Below, in pieces: positions 1-13,866 of a DNA stretch of 64,000 nucleotides. This DNA is from Macrostomum lignano (taxonomy: Eukaryota), in assembly GCA_002269645.1 (NCBI GenBank), contig NIVC01003448.1:1-64000 (forward strand). Direction: 5' to 3'. Numbering within the stretch: the stretch's first letter is position 1; each line of letters opens with the position of its first letter. The position numbers and the translations under genes were made by a program. The notes under the pieces were generated by a model, which had not been told where the DNA came from, did not search any database, and saw only the letters and a program-made list of their open reading frames with translations.

Positions 1-3000
1 CTGTCGCTCGGAAACGGCTCGAAAAACTGGAATCGTCACTTTCACAGGACTCTGCGTTGAAAAGCGACGCAGCTCTGAGGCAATTGCGTCAATTGGTGGA
101 GAAACCTCCGGCGCTTTTCTCCATCGACCGGGCGTCGAAACCGTCGGTTCGCGCCGACAGGTTTCAGCTGGTAGACGGCCTGATTGATATCAGCTATGAG
201 ATTGACTGGGAAAGCGCTGATGCGGTGATAATCTCGATGCCAACTCGAGCCGAGTTTCAACTGACCCTACATAACCAGATGACTGGATTTGCTGTTCCAC
301 TGCTGGATGCGGAATTGATTCGACGGTTTTCTAACGGCCCAGGTGATCATACGGCGGTCATCAGAAGAAGAGGCGATGTTACTGTAGCAGTTGACTGGAC
401 AGGCGAGTCTTCTATTGGCGATTTGCAGCGGCTTCTGTGGGACGACACGTGGATGTCTGCGACAATTGAGTCTGTTTTGATGCCGACAACATTGCAAGTG
501 ACTACAAGCCTTGGACAGGTAGGGAAACCGAATCTTCAACTCTCCTAAGATAAAAAATCACAAAAAACGAAAACTAGAAGTACGCAAAACTTGCGATTTT
601 TTGCGAATTTCGTTAAAGACAGGGTTTTAGCTGCAAAAATGCTTCAGCAAAATAGAAATTTTCATATTTTTTCACCGCTAACTTTGCAATATCTGGAGCC
701 ATTTATACTCGTAGAACAGATATTTCTCGACCGAAGTGATGGAAGTTAAGAGAAAGCCTCCTCTTTTTGAAGTTATCTGCTTGAAACACGTGATTCTATC
801 TTTAATCTTCAGCCATGTTCACTCGCAGGCCCTCTTGATATCAAGCGAGGCGGCACTGATTGCAAATAGCGGTGTGTCACGGCGGCCACCGTCTGTGACT
901 GAGAGCTTTCGAACCGATGCTCCGTCATGCTGCAGCCGAGCTTCTCAGTTTATGCCAGTCGCTCAGTCCATCTATCAGGGTTGTCCATGGGCAGGCGGAG
1001 TTCGCGTTCAAGTGTCATCCATCGATTGGGCATCTCTGGCGACGGCGATCTCTCAGTGGAGCTGTTCTGGCGCTGGCAGACTTCTGATGGATGGGGCCTG
1101 TCTGTGGGTCTTCGATCGCCCCTGCAACGTCAGGAGCTGCTCAGAGTGCGCTTGATGAGTGTTCTGGCTGAAGGCAAGAATGATGCGAAAAATCCAGTGT
1201 TTAATGACACCTGGATTTCTGAAAATCAAGACGACATTTCATCAAGACAATCTTGGCAGTTGTGCATGCGAGCTTTTTCCAGAACTATCACGGGCCACAA
1301 CATTTGCGCCAGCGTTAAAAAGCAGAGACAGTGGAGTAAGTTTAGTCTAATTTTAGAGCGACAGGTGAGTTTATAATCTGTAAACGATATTTAATAAGGT
1401 TATAAAATACCTGGAGGGTCTGGGGGGAATATGACGGGGTTGTAGCCTAGTTGGGGGTTGTAGCCTAGTTGGGGGTTGTAGCCTAGTTGGGGGTTGTAGC
1501 CTAGTTGGGGGTTGTAGCCTAGTTGGGGGTTGTAGCCTAGTGGGGGTTGTAGCCTAGTTGGGGGTTGTAGCCTAGTTGGGGTTGTAGCCTAGTGGGGGGG
1601 GTTGTAGCCTAGTGGGGGTTGTAGCCTAGTTGGGGGTTGTAGCCTAGTGGGGGGTTGTAGACTAGTTGGGGGTTGTAGCCTAGTTGGGGGAGGGTTGTAG
1701 CCTAATTGGGGGTTGTAGCCTAGTGGGGGGGGGGGTTGTAGACTAGTTGGGGGTTGTAGCCTAGTAGGAGTTGTAGCCTAGTGGGGGGGGGGTTGTAGCC
1801 TAGTTGGGTGTTGTAGCCTAGTGGGGGGGTTGTAGCCTAGTGGGGGTTGTAGCCTAGTGGGGGTTGTAGCCTAGTGGGGGTTGTAGCCTAGTGGGGGTTG
1901 TAGCCCAATGGGGGGTTGTAGCCTAGTGGGGCTGTAGCAGTGGAGGGTTGTAGCCTAGTGGTTAGAGCGTCGGACTCACGACTTGAAGTTCGGGGTTCGA
2001 TTCCCGATCCCAATGGAACAATTTGTGTCCTTGAGAAAGACACTTGTAACTCTGCTTTGCTTCAGTTCACCCAGCTGTGAAATTGGTGCCAGCATTAGCT
2101 GGAGTAATTGAGACTGTGTGTGGCTGCTTTGTTCGCGCCCAAGCTTTGAAGCGCGCCATCTGACGCTGCTTTTGTGATCTGGCAGCGTACTCTGTTGTTG
2201 TTGTTGTTGTTGTTGTGTGGCTGGCGACCTCTCTTAGTCATTGGACTGACCAGCTGTACGCAGCCTTCAGATGCGTCGCGCAATAACTAGGCGGGTGTAA
2301 TTATTTTACAAAATTAAAAAAGATTAAATCTGTTACACATTTTTCCGCCATTTGCAGGATCCCAAGGCTGAACTGTTTGAAGCTACACTGGAAAAGAAAA
2401 CCACCGAGACCATGTCAGAGACCAAAATAGTTTTTGGAAACCGAAACTCTCCTCAGAGACACTTCGGTTTGACAATTAATTCGCTAAATACTTCGGAAGG
2501 CAGCTTTTTAAAGTTCGACGCCAGCAACCCGGTGTTTCCGGTGAGTCTCAACTCGAGTCTGCAGGCTGGAGGAGGCATCGCCGCTGCCCAGTTGTTGGCT
2601 GGCAGCCAGAGCTACTCGTTTCTTGGAAACTGGAGCCGCAACAGCTCAGATTGGCGGTGCGTATCATTTGGGGCTCGTGCACAAAAATTGACCAGTGCTT
2701 TGATTCAACCCATGAGGGACAACCCCCAAGGCACAAAGAGTGTTCCTGCCTGACGATTAGAAAGGCAGGGCCCCTCCCTGTGCACCCTGTTCGAGCGTGT
2801 GCATGAGTGCTTGTCTGCGTACAGTGTTGGCGCGCTTGTATTGTGCTCAGGATCCAGAGGAACGGGCACAATTATTTGACGATTTCGCCGAAGCCAGAAT
2901 GCCCGCAACCATATCCTGCAGCTATTGCTGTCATAATCAGATCAATTTGGCACAAAGTTCAGACCCATTACTGTTGAGCCCCAAGCTCTGGACTTGGTTT

Positions 3001-6000
3001 ATAAAGACAAAGGTGTACTTTTTCACTTCCCTTTATCAGACTGACTGGCGACGTGTCCAGAGTGGACAGACCCTGGCAGAGATTCGGTCTAGACTTGGTC
3101 TCCGATGCAGTGTCCGGCACTGATCAACTCACTGTGAGATTTCCCAACGGCAGCCGGCGTATCAACAGTTTAGATGGCGACTTTGGAAGCCTAACTTTGG
3201 CTCGAACTTTGCGACTTCGTGTCTCGGATTTTGAAGCAGCAATTTCTGCGCGGTTAACCGAATCAGGCAGTAATGAGACGGCCTCTGCGCGTTTTAGAAT
3301 TTCTGGCGGTCGCGTGTCAAATGGTTCATCAGATAAGCTGGTGTTTGTACAATCGACAGAAGCCCGACAACTTGGGGTTGGATGGATGCGGCATCGACTT
3401 GAAACCTCCGTGAGCCGAGCTGGCATTGAAAATGGCTTAGGTACTCTAAATTTAAGTTTAGGGCATCGACTTGAGTTATTTACTCATAGCGCGCTTGGAA
3501 GAAGCTTTTCAATGCTGCCGTCTGATGTTTTTTCTGACAGAACCGACACGATCAATGTTTCGTTAGCAGAGACGCGAGGTGAGAAATGGCTCGCACTGTC
3601 TGGTGGCGGTGAAATATTTAGCCTTGTTGGCACTCTCGGGCAAAGGCTAGAAGTTCCAAAGGCTCTATTGAACCTATCTGTGTCTGATGCCGGCAGTAAC
3701 TTCATGTCGCTGTGTCAAGCTCGTGGAGCTTTGACGATTTTGTCATCAAATTCAAGCAGATCGACAACTGTAGCAGCTTCCATGGGGTTAATCGAAACTG
3801 CAGATGGCGTATTTCGTCCGGCGCCACTGGAAAGCTTCAACCTAGATGTTCGGTTTATTCGTTCTCCCAGCGGTATGAGAATTTATAAAGAAACTGACGG
3901 CATAGCATTCAATATCAAGCACTACTGGCCAGCTTTGACCTCACTGAACCAGTCTCTGCGATTGACAATTGACACGCAGAGATTCCGAGAACCTAAGCAT
4001 TCCAAGAACGCAATTTACTTTCAACAATCCTTGTTGCACCTGCCTGAGAACCGTGGTCTGACGCATCAGATCAGCGCAGATGGCAGCCTTGTGCCGAGAA
4101 ACTTCAGCCTGACAAATCAACTCAGTTGGCTTGCCTATCGCAGAGGTTTCTTCAAACTTGTCAGCTTGTTCGAGCTAAACGGAAAGTGCCTGTTCAGGAT
4201 GAAACAGCAGGTTGAGCTGGCTGAAAACTACTCAGCCAGTGCATCAACATGGTGGCATCGAGTCGGCTACGCTCTCACTGTTGAAACTCCAAATAACTCG
4301 CATCTCCTACGCAGCGGCGGTTTGAAAATTTCCACCCAAGCCGCTGTTGATGACGCCACGGTGAAAGCTGCGCGACAGCTCGTACGCGCAGATTTTGTCG
4401 CGATCGATCGCGCAAGCGCTAACGCAGTGACTGCAGCTTTCTTGCGCCAACTTTGGCAGCTGCTCAGTACAGTCAGAGCTCGTCAGAACATGACATTCAG
4501 TCTCGGTAACAGCCTTTTAGCCAGTGTTCAGACAGACATTGATGCAGTAGACTTGCGACTGCTGCATCGGCATGTCCTGCAGAAAGGCTGGGGGAGCTCG
4601 CAGGTCTTGTTGGATGTCAGAGTTCTCAAGCTACAGCGTCAGGTTCAAGCAACGCTTGAAATCGCCGGCCGCGGCGAGCTTCGTGCAAAACTATCGAACT
4701 GGCCAGCTCAGAGAGCCTCCGTGCAGTTTGAACTTCGGTCGTACGTAAGCGGAAGACAGGGACTGCTGACAGCTGACTGGAACTTATCATTGCGAACTGC
4801 TTCTATCCTTATCAAGGCTACCAGCCCTACCACTGGTGCTAGCGCCGGTAACTTCAATTTCTCAGGAGCAATCAACCTGTCAGTTGGTTCGCTTAGACTT
4901 TTAGCTGAGCAGCCGAACATTCGGGCTCGTCAGAGGCTCGAAATTACCTGGCCCAAACTCGGCAGTATGCGATTGGACTTTGAGAAAACTAGCATCGACA
5001 ACAGATGGGGCCCAGATATCCACCTGGCAGTGGAACGTCCTTCAAGTGGTGGACGATTGACTTTCCTGTTAAATACGTCAGAACCGAAAATAGAGCAAAT
5101 CGGACTCGCCTATCGCAGCTCAGACGTTGCTGAAGGCTATGCTGCTACTGTAAGGTACGTGCGCTACGGACATGAGTTTCGAGCTGATGCCCGAGGACGC
5201 GGTGGTGTTACGTTCAATGGCGCTTCAAATCAGCTTCCGTTATTCAATCTGACTGTTGAGCAGGTAAGATGTTTTGTTTGAGTTCGGATTTCTCGAGTTA
5301 TCCACGATGTTTATTTGCTGTTTAAATTTTCAGGCCCTGGATCTGTACGGACTGGAAGATGCGGCGCCTTTCTCTGACATCGCTAAGCAGCTTCGCTTGT
5401 CAGCTCAACTGATTGCGACTCGGCGCGGGGAGGTCGACCTTGCCTGGTGGCTGACGTCTCCTGTGTCAGCTTTTGGCCTCGAGCCGGTGGTCGGGATGGA
5501 GGTGCTTACTCGCTGGTGGCCGCTGCATCTGCGCCTTGGGTTGGCGACGCCGGTCGCTCACTGGCGCCGATGTTCGGCGGAGCTCCGCTGCCAACTGTCG
5601 CGTCGGGTAGCCCTCTTGTCCGCGGCCCTGTCGGGTCCGAGCTCCAATTTCGTTGCGCTGTACGAGCACGAGTTTGACGAGGCGCTGACTAATTTAAAAG
5701 CTCGAGTGCACTATCAGAACAATCTTTTGATATTGACTTTTGAGCCGCAGCTTCTGAATGCTAGCGTTGCAGCTGTCTTGGCAGGAAGCGGGGAAACAAA
5801 TTTGCGCGGTTTTATCAAGACGTCATGGAGGTCGCTGCAGCAACTCGAGTTTGTTGCCACTCCGGCAGCTGCCTATATTGACCGAATAGCGCACGGCGAG
5901 TCGCTAAGGATTTTTGATGCCCGCCGAATCAGCAATAGAAATGTCGATCCAAAAGGTTACATACGTCGACGCGATGACTGGGTTCTCGGCATAGCCTTCG

Positions 6001-9000
6001 GTGTGAACTCCATTGAGGCCTTCGTTGCCAACGCCAGCATCGGCCTGAACTCAGGAGGCGGCATTGATGATAGCGACTTTGAACTGACGCTGAGTGGAGC
6101 AACTGCAGGAATGGACCTTCTAAGTAGTCGAATTTACTGCCTAACTAGCAATGGCAGTAGCGGAAACCCCGTGATTTCCAGTGGTCTCCGGGTAATCTGT
6201 CCGGTAGTGACTCTGAATGCTACCGAAGAAGCTACTGTAGGAGAAAATGGCAGAAAGAGATGGCAACTGTTTCTCTACGATGGTGGCGACGCTGTGACAG
6301 CAGACGTTCGCTTTCGAGGCACTCGCTTGGACCCAGATCCAACAGCCCAGTCTTCAGTGATCATCCGCGGCACCAAATACTCAGTTCAACAGCCTGATGG
6401 TCCTAGCAGTCTTCGCATCACTGCCAGTGGATTCGAGCCAGTCGACTTCAACTGGTCAGTCCAAGCAACCAGCCTTGCAAGATTTCGTTTTCGTCTGAAT
6501 TCGAAGCATCGGGCCAAAAGTTCATCAGAGACCACTGTTGGTACTTTAGATGTTGAGGCTGACTGGCCCAGTCGCATTCGTGCTGTTTTTGGTCGAGGTG
6601 CTAATCTAGCTTCTGTTAAACTGGGGATTAGCACAAGCTCGTTGTCGCTGATTCATAGTGCAAACGGCAGCTTTGATGGTCGAGTGCCTCTGGCTCCCGG
6701 ACTAGCGCTCCGTCTACCAACACCTCCTGGACCTGTCAACCTGACCGCCGTTTGGACTCCGGATGACTGGCTGTCCAATGGCCTTCTCAATCTTGACTTC
6801 TGGTCCAGCTGGCGATTTCGTCACCGCCATCGCGTCGTGCTGTCAGCGGCCGCCTCCGAAGCGCAGATTGAGACTGTATCAAATTCTTGGCGCATTTTCT
6901 GCAATCACAGCACGGCAAGTCGTACGGTGCAAATCTTTGGCAGTTCAAATGGTTTCGGAGACGTAAATATCACACAAAACAGCTTGAAAGTAAGCCTTGC
7001 TGACTCTGCAGATAAACTTGATATGCTTTACCCAAATCTGTTTCAATTTCCATGGAATAATCAAGACAATGTTAAGAGTTTGAAATTTGCGGCGAATCTT
7101 ACAGCACCAACTTTGGGTTTGCTGAGGCCCGCGTCTCTCAATATTGTTCGCATGGTTGCTTTGGATTCGCAGTTGAAAGTTCGGAATGTCAGTCTTGTGT
7201 GCACCTATCAAGCTGATGGCGGTCTTCAGCAAGCTGACGTTACTATTGCTAAAGCATTCACCAAAAGCCAAGGTAGCAAACTGATAGGTACTGTCATGAC
7301 TAAAGGTTTCAAGTTGATTCAAGCCCTACACTACGAAGCCGAGGTCAACTGGAAATCTGCTAACGGAGAAGCCACAGCAGGTGTTGCGTGTCGCGAGCAA
7401 GCAAAGCAACTGTTGGCAGTTCAAGTCTTTGCCAGTAAAACTGGTATCGCGGAATTCAATGCTGAAACCAGCACTAACCAGAGTGCTTGCCGCGGTCGGG
7501 TAGTTCTACCGTATCTAGTGAAAAGCCGAGCACCTTTGCTTCACTTCTCAATGACAGACCAAGTACGAATCGCCTTCAATGCTAGCAGCGATGTGAAAAA
7601 TTGGCAGTTCGAGTGGTACACAATGATCCGACACTTCAAAGTCTCACGAACAACCATCGATGGCGTTTCCAAGTGGCATTTAACGCCGGATTTCCGACGA
7701 ACCTCGGGTGTTGTGCTTAGCAACTCGCCCAGCAATGGTACAACGGAACTGCGACTTCCCTGGCGCACGATTCGACTGGTGCAACGTCGATTGACTGCCA
7801 ATTTGTGGGAGCTGATGCTCTGGCCCGATGCAATCAATCGGCCCTTTGACGCCAATAAGCTGCGGTGTCTCACAGTGAGTGGCAGTTCGCTAAACTACAC
7901 GATTGAACTTACTTCACCTTATCTTGCTTCGCCAGGTTTGGTGGTCAGCCTCTCTTCTAATGCTACCAGAATGCAGTTGTTGGTTGCTTTGACTCGCGCA
8001 ATTCGTCTCGATTTAAAGGCGTCACTTCTGCAGGAAGTTTCTTTAAAAAGATTGCAAATCTTTGCTAGCCTAATCACGCCGGATGCGACTTCTCGAATGG
8101 AAGCTGGAGCAGATTTGCCTGCGAAGATGGAGCGCATCGGTCCTGTAGCCTTGCGCAATGGTCGCATGAAGATTTTACTTGGCAAGTCGATGTCAAATGA
8201 TCATCGTGGTGGCATAGCGCATCAGATCGAATTTGAATTGGCGCCATTTCAGCGATTCTATTTCTCGGTAAGTTGTAGCTCAATGATTGAAGTTGTTTGA
8301 ACTTTGACTCTCAATCTGATGCTTGACTATTTGTCGCTAATTGTAACGCCTTTTAGATGAAGGATAGTTCCTTGTTGGACCTGAGCTTCAACCAAGCCTC
8401 CGGTCGCCTGGTCTGGCAGCTCCTGACTTCCCGAAGCGGCGCTGGTGGCAACGGAACTCAATCAGTAAAAGATTCTGCTGCAGCAAGAGTTCTGGCAGTT
8501 GTGGATGCCGCAAATTCCGATGCTCAAATTGAAGTGAGCAGCGGGTTGCTGAACAGGCAGCATCGAATCTACTGGCCGACTCAAGTGCCCGCCTTGCTGT
8601 TTGCTGTCTTCAACGGAACCGCAGCTCACGCCGGTGCCCTGGCAGTCAACTCCGATTCCGACAGCGTCAAAGATGCCAGAAAAATTGATTTATGGTTCAG
8701 CGAATCTGTGCCGGCCAACGTGAGCTTCGGTTTTGCCGGCTTCCACCTGAGTCGCAACGGCTCAATGGAGTTGGCGACCTCGTGGCGTCTGCCTAGGGAG
8801 CCGGTGTTTCATGTGCGCGGTTTTATGAATAATTTATGCCGTTTTGTAGCTTAGGGTTAGACACGGTCTGAATTGTGTTAGACAGGATTTGAATGGTGTT
8901 AGACACGATTTGAATAGTGTTAGACACGATTTGAATAGTGTTAGACACGATTTGAATAGTGTTAGACACGGTCATCTGAATAATGTTAGACACAACCATC

Positions 9001-11103
9001 TGAATAGTGTTAGACACGATTTGAATAGTGTTAGACACGATTTGAATAGTGTTAGACACGATCATCTGAATAGTGTTAGACACGATTTGAATAGTGTTAG
9101 ACACAACCATCTGAATAGTGTTAGACACGATTTGAATAGTGTTAGACACGATTTGAATAGTGTTAGACACGATTTGAATAGTGTTAGACACGATTTGAAT
9201 AGTGTTAGACACGATTTGAATAGTGTTAGACACGATCATCTAAATAATGTTAGACACAATCATCTGAATATTGTTAGACACGATTTGAATAGTGTTAGAC
9301 ACGATCATCTGAATAGTGTTAGACACGGTCATCTGAATAATGTTAGACAAAATCATCTGAATAGTGTTAGACACGATTTGAGTAGTGTTAGACACGATTT
9401 GAATAGTGTTAGACACGATTTGAATAGTGTTAGATACGATTTGAATAGTGTTAGACATAAATTAAATGGTTGAAGCTGCTGTATTTTATTTGACTGTAAT
9501 GCAACTCATCCGTCAGGTCCAGCTTCTGTCCATCATCAATTCACGACTGATTGCCAATTTGCCCTCTGCCTCAGCGCTGCGTCAAGCCCTGGCCGAAGGC
9601 TCTCGCGTTGCTCTCACAGGTTCTGGCGATGCACTTCAGTACGAGCTGTTCGCATGGCAGGTGAGCCGCTGATTATTCAAATGTTTTTTTATGATTTTTC
9701 ATTGCGAATATACATGTACAAGCTCCACTACTTGAAATGTGAAGCCAACAGAACACCATAACCAGACATCATTCTACGTGTACTTTGAAACCCAACAGGC
9801 CCGACCCGATTCCGACCTGACCCTCGCGGCCTCCGACCTGACCGCTGGGTGGAATTTCATTTGCCAGATTTCATCCAGGGACGAATTCTACTTGAAATCC
9901 GTAGCAACGCCGTTGCTAAGCAGATTTGGCGGCCTTAGCAACCGAGTGTGTAAACTTGGTTGGCAAAGAATATTGACTATTAGGAATCAGATGCGGAGGT
10001 TTCAGTTGTCTCAGTCGAGGCCACCGGGAAGTTATTCAGCACCAGGTTGGTTGCACACTGCTCTGGAACGTCTGGCCCTTCGCTGGCGACACGCCGTCTC
10101 CGGGCACCTTGGCCGCTTGAGACGGGCTTGGATGCGGCTCCGGGAGCTGGACCAGCGGCCTGCGGAAGCGAGACAGGACTACAGCGAGGCCGAATATGAT
10201 ATCTGTGCGTGAGACTGGATTATGGTAGCTGCATCCCAGTCCCTGCATCCCAGTCCCTGCATCCCAGTCCCTGCATCCCAGTCCCTGCATCCCAGTCCCT
10301 GCATCCCAGTGCCTGCATCTCAGTCCCTGCATCTCAGTCCCTGCATCCCAGTCCCTGCATCCCAATCCCTGCATCCCAGCTCCTTCCTTAATATTACTCA
10401 CAGTCCACTTCTAATAGCCTGCTCCCACATTCCGCTCCCTGCATTCTACTCCCTACATTCCGCTCCCTACATTCCACTCCCTACTTTCCACTCCCTGAAT
10501 TCCAGTTTTGTTTGCAAATCCAAAATCAAAACTCAAATCCCCATTTCTCAAGATTGGCTGCAGAATTTCCTCACGCCAGACGATTCGTTCGAGTACTCCA
10601 CAGCAGCTCAAGTGATGCAGAACAGCCTAGTGAGCATGGGGTCCGAGGCTGCGGCTCGCCTGCACGGCATTCTGTTTGCCCACCTGGCTGACTACAAGCG
10701 CCTCTATGACTGGCTAGATGATATGGGCTACGAGGTGCGAAGGTTGATGTCGATGAAGCTGGACCCGTTACCGGAGCTTGACAGCGAACTCCTCGCTCTG
10801 GCTCGACTGTGGCTGCGCACCAAGCGTCGATCCGATATTTTCCAACGACTAACCGGTTTGGATAGCAACCAGGTGTTGTCATGGCAACCAAGGTGTCGAG
10901 CCGATTGCTCCGAGCTGGGCGGCACTGGAGTGGCCCAGTTTCGAGCGCAGATTCGAGCCCGGGTCCCTCGGCTGAGACCGGCGGAATGGCGAAGGTTGGC
11001 CGGTCGGCTAGCGCGATTCGCTCGCGTTGCTATGGACGCTATTGATTTTGCCATAGCAACTGTTAATGGCGCCGATAAAGCGACTAGACTGGAAACCGAT
11101 TAA
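1..11103 (+). CDS. apolipoprotein B/apolipophorin-like large lipid transfer protein (LLTP), 5'-partial, multi-exon
   Basis: Phase-compatible exons: <3-518, 936-1364, 2358-2656 (GTGCGT donor), 3040-5263, 5334-8267, 8357-~8812 (donor uncertain), 9517-9660, 9799-10204, 10553-11103 (TAA); about 2650 codons. The first exon (LRQLVEK...MPTRAEFQLTL..MTGFAVPLLDAEL) resembles, from memory, the apoB helical-to-DUF1943 transition (LKKLVKE...LPKESMLKTTL.AFGF..DLIEIGL). It is followed by ~2000 aa of alternating hydrophobic beta-strand pattern with many N-x-S/T sequons and a helical C-terminus. The CDS is well supported; family assignment is by recalled similarity. Confidence 0.7.
1436..1960 (+). repeat. 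17-bp minisatellite (ggggttgtagcctagt[t/g]) running into a SINE head
   Basis: About 30 tandem units in LLTP intron 2; the last unit is the 5' end of the tRNA-like sequence. Confidence 0.95.
1945..2110 (+). mobile_element. tRNA-derived SINE with CORE-like body (3' limit uncertain, may extend to the (ttg)n at ~2215)
   Basis: A box TAGCCTAGTGG (1951-1961) and B box GGTTCGATTCC (~1994-2004), then gtgtccttgagaaagacactt...ttcagttcacccagctgtgaaattggt, resembling the metazoan CORE-SINE domain. Confidence 0.7.
8856..9458 (+). repeat. 21/24-bp intronic minisatellite (gttagacacgatttgaatagt)
   Basis: Direct tandem repeats; source of spurious ORFs 8823-9473. Confidence 0.95.
10230..10357 (+). repeat. 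14-bp intronic minisatellite (tgcatcccagtccc)
   Basis: About 9 tandem units in the last LLTP intron. Confidence 0.9.
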
Positions 11104-11503
11104 AACTTTTACCCGATGCAGTCTGTCTAAGACTGCCAACTGACTAAAGTTTTGCTACAGCTAATGAAGTAAAAATTTAGCAGCAAATCCAGACACGATA
11201 TGTATCGAAAAAGCGCTTTGCCAATTAGTTAAATTGCGTTGGTAACAAAGGTATCAGGACAATTTAATGTCTGCCATGTCTTTATCGGCAATCTATGAAC
11301 GATTTTTCTAATTTTGACAAAATCGAGCAAAACTTTGTTATTATTAATTTAGAGCGTTAAAACAAAACTTTTAAATATAATTTTGAGAGAATTATAACAC
11401 TGCAATAAACAAATTCAACGAATTTCCTAACTTGCCTACTTAGTTGAACGTTATACTCGTAATTAAATCAGCCTTAAAATCTTCGAACAATTCAACTCGC
11501 CAG

Positions 11504-12208
11504 CACACTAATTAGCACACCCACCTGCACAATAATTAGCACAATCATCTGCACAATAATTAGCACACTCATCTGCACAATAATTAGCACACTCATCTGC
11601 ACAATAATTAGCGCACCCCACCTGCACAATAATTAGCACACCCACCTGCACACTAATTAGCACACCCACCTGCACACTAATTAGCACATCCACCTGCACA
11701 CTAATTAGCACATCCACCTGCACACTAATTAGCACACCCACCTGCACACTAATTAGCACACCAACCTGCACACTAATTAGCACACCCAGCTGCACACTAA
11801 TTAGCACACCCACCTGCACACTAATTAGCACACCCACCTGCACACTAATTAGCATACCCAGCTGCACACTAATTAGCACACCCACCTGCACACTAATTAG
11901 CACACCCATCTGCACACTAATTAGCACACCCAGCTGCACACTAATTAGCACACCAACCTGCACACTAATTAGCACACCCACCTGCACACTAATTAGCACA
12001 CCCACCTGCACACTAATTAGCACACCCACCTGCACACTAATTAGCACATCCATCTGCACAATAATTAGCACACCCAGCTGCACACTAATTAGCACACCCA
12101 CCTGCACACTAATTAGCACACCCACCTGCACACTAATTAGCACACCCACCTGCACACTAATTAGCACACCCACCTGCACACTAATTAGCACACCCACCTG
12201 CACACTAA
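11504..12208. repeat. 24-bp minisatellite (cacactaattagcacacccacctg)
   Basis: About 29 units; abuts the TAG stop (12205-12207) of the minus-strand gene. Confidence 0.95.
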
Positions 12209-13646
12209 TCGCTCTCTCTGCTGCAGCAAGCTGCGTACATCAGGCCAGCGGCAGCGTACAGCATTGTCAGCCAGAAAATGCTCTCAAAGCTACCGAGTAA
12301 AATGAGCTGAACCGCACTGACCGGTGCAATCGTCTCAGAGAAAATCTTTTTACATAAGAAAATCACCAGAAAGCAGAACAGAGCAACCAGTTGAAACAGA
12401 CACACGCAAAGGATCAACTTGACTGAGCTGGAAAGCTGGTTGCTACCGCCGCCGAATGTCTGCAACTCGTCGCCATAGTCAGTTGCGCCTTTGCGCTGAC
12501 CGCCGTCTCCCCTGTCGCCAAGAGCGTCGCCAGCACGAGTTTTATGATGTGCCCGATCCACGTCCGCGGAGTCCGTCAGGCTGCTGCCGCTGGTTGTGTG
12601 ACAATTTGATTTCAGTCTAATTGGGTATACTTACTTACTTACTGAACTGTGACCTAAATAGTGACTTCAATAACTATCTAGATAGTGACCTAAACTGTGA
12701 CCTAAATACTGACTTTGACGACTACCTAGACAGTTGACCTAAACTGTGACTTAAATACTGACTTCAATAACTATCTAGATAGTGATCTAAACTGTGACCT
12801 AAATAGTGACTTTGACGACTACCTATAGACAGTGACCAAAACTGTGACCTAAATACTGACTTTGACGACTACCTATAGACAGTGACCAAAACTGTGACCT
12901 AAATACTGACTTTGACGACTACCTAGACAGTGACCTAAACTGTGACCTAAATACTGACTTTGACGACTACCTAGACAGTGACCTAAACTGTGACCTAAAT
13001 AGTGACTTTGACGACTACCTATAGACAGTGACCAAAACTGTGACCTAAATAGTGACTTCAATAACTATCTAGATAGTGACCTAAACTGTGACTTAAATAG
13101 TGACTTTGACGGCTAACTAGACAGTGACCTAAACTGTGACCTAAATACTGACTTTGACGACTACCTGTGACCTAAACTTTCACTTAAATAGTGACATTGT
13201 CGACTACCTAGACAGCGACATAAACTATATGATCTTATCCTAAATAGTGACTTGATAACAACTTAGCTAGAGAGTGACCTAGCTATATAGTTTATTTGAC
13301 GAAGTGACCTATAGCAGCAGTCTAAAACATTCCCTACGCCACTAAAGTGAGCTAGAAGGCAATCAGGATGATCGCTCCCATAAAAAATCCCATATGTGCG
13401 GCAACTCACCGAGCCAGGTTGGCAGCAAAGTGCGATCCAGTGGTCGCTTTTGTGCCAGTCGTAGCTCCACCGCGCTCCCTGTCCAGCCAAATCTCCAGCC
13501 CGTGCACCCCGGTCTGCAGGTCGGAGTCCTCTTCGAGCAGGCCAAACTCGCCGTTGTCTTGGTGTCGATGCGGCGACATCCGATGACCGGTGCCGCCGGT
13601 GCTAGGACGATGGTGGTGGCGCGATTGACGTAGCACCCGAGACGGA
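12205..13646 (-). CDS. putative alternative 3' exons of the SRCR-ZP gene (basic cleavage-like motif, linker, transmembrane tail)
   Basis: Exon 13646-13410 (TTCAG acceptor, CG|GTGAGT donor) joins in phase 2 to exon 12589-12205 (ACCAG acceptor, TAG). Reads PSRVLRQSRHHHR...EEDSDLQTGVHGLEIW...ANLAR/GSSLTDSAD...hydrophobic segments...CCSRESD*. The upstream junction to the ZP exon is not resolved. Confidence 0.6.
12643..13300. repeat. ~48-bp minisatellite (tgtgacctaaatactgactttgacgactacctagacagtgacctaaac)
   Basis: Tandem repeats in the intron between the two downstream exons. Confidence 0.9.
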
Positions 13647-13866
13647 CTGAATTTCACGACGCTCATGACTGTGAGCTCTGTGCAATATGCTGCCTTGCAA
13701 TCTAGATAGAATTAGCTAACTAGTTTGTGTGCTTTTACTTGCGAGTCTTTGTCTTTGTTGCTTTTGACATACCGAGTAAGAAAACCGACATCTTAAAGCA
13801 TATATACAGGTTGGGCCATAGACAATACGCCAATTTCTGAATTTTGGTCAAAGAGCTCAGTCAAAG

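Noticed and set aside
736-1155. 139-aa ORF as an LLTP exon using the acceptor at 828
   Set aside because: It ends in a stop; the acceptor at 935 gives a phase-0 join to the frame that continues to the 1364 donor. An alternative with a frameshift cannot be fully excluded.
1945-2012. functional tRNA gene
   Set aside because: Imperfect anticodon and acceptor stems, followed by a CORE-like SINE body and no Pol III terminator.
2657-3039. GC-rich coding-looking ORFs (2797-3123 and minus-strand ORFs)
   Set aside because: The LLTP frame has several stops here and a clean phase-2 GTGCGT...ATCAG intron spans the interval.
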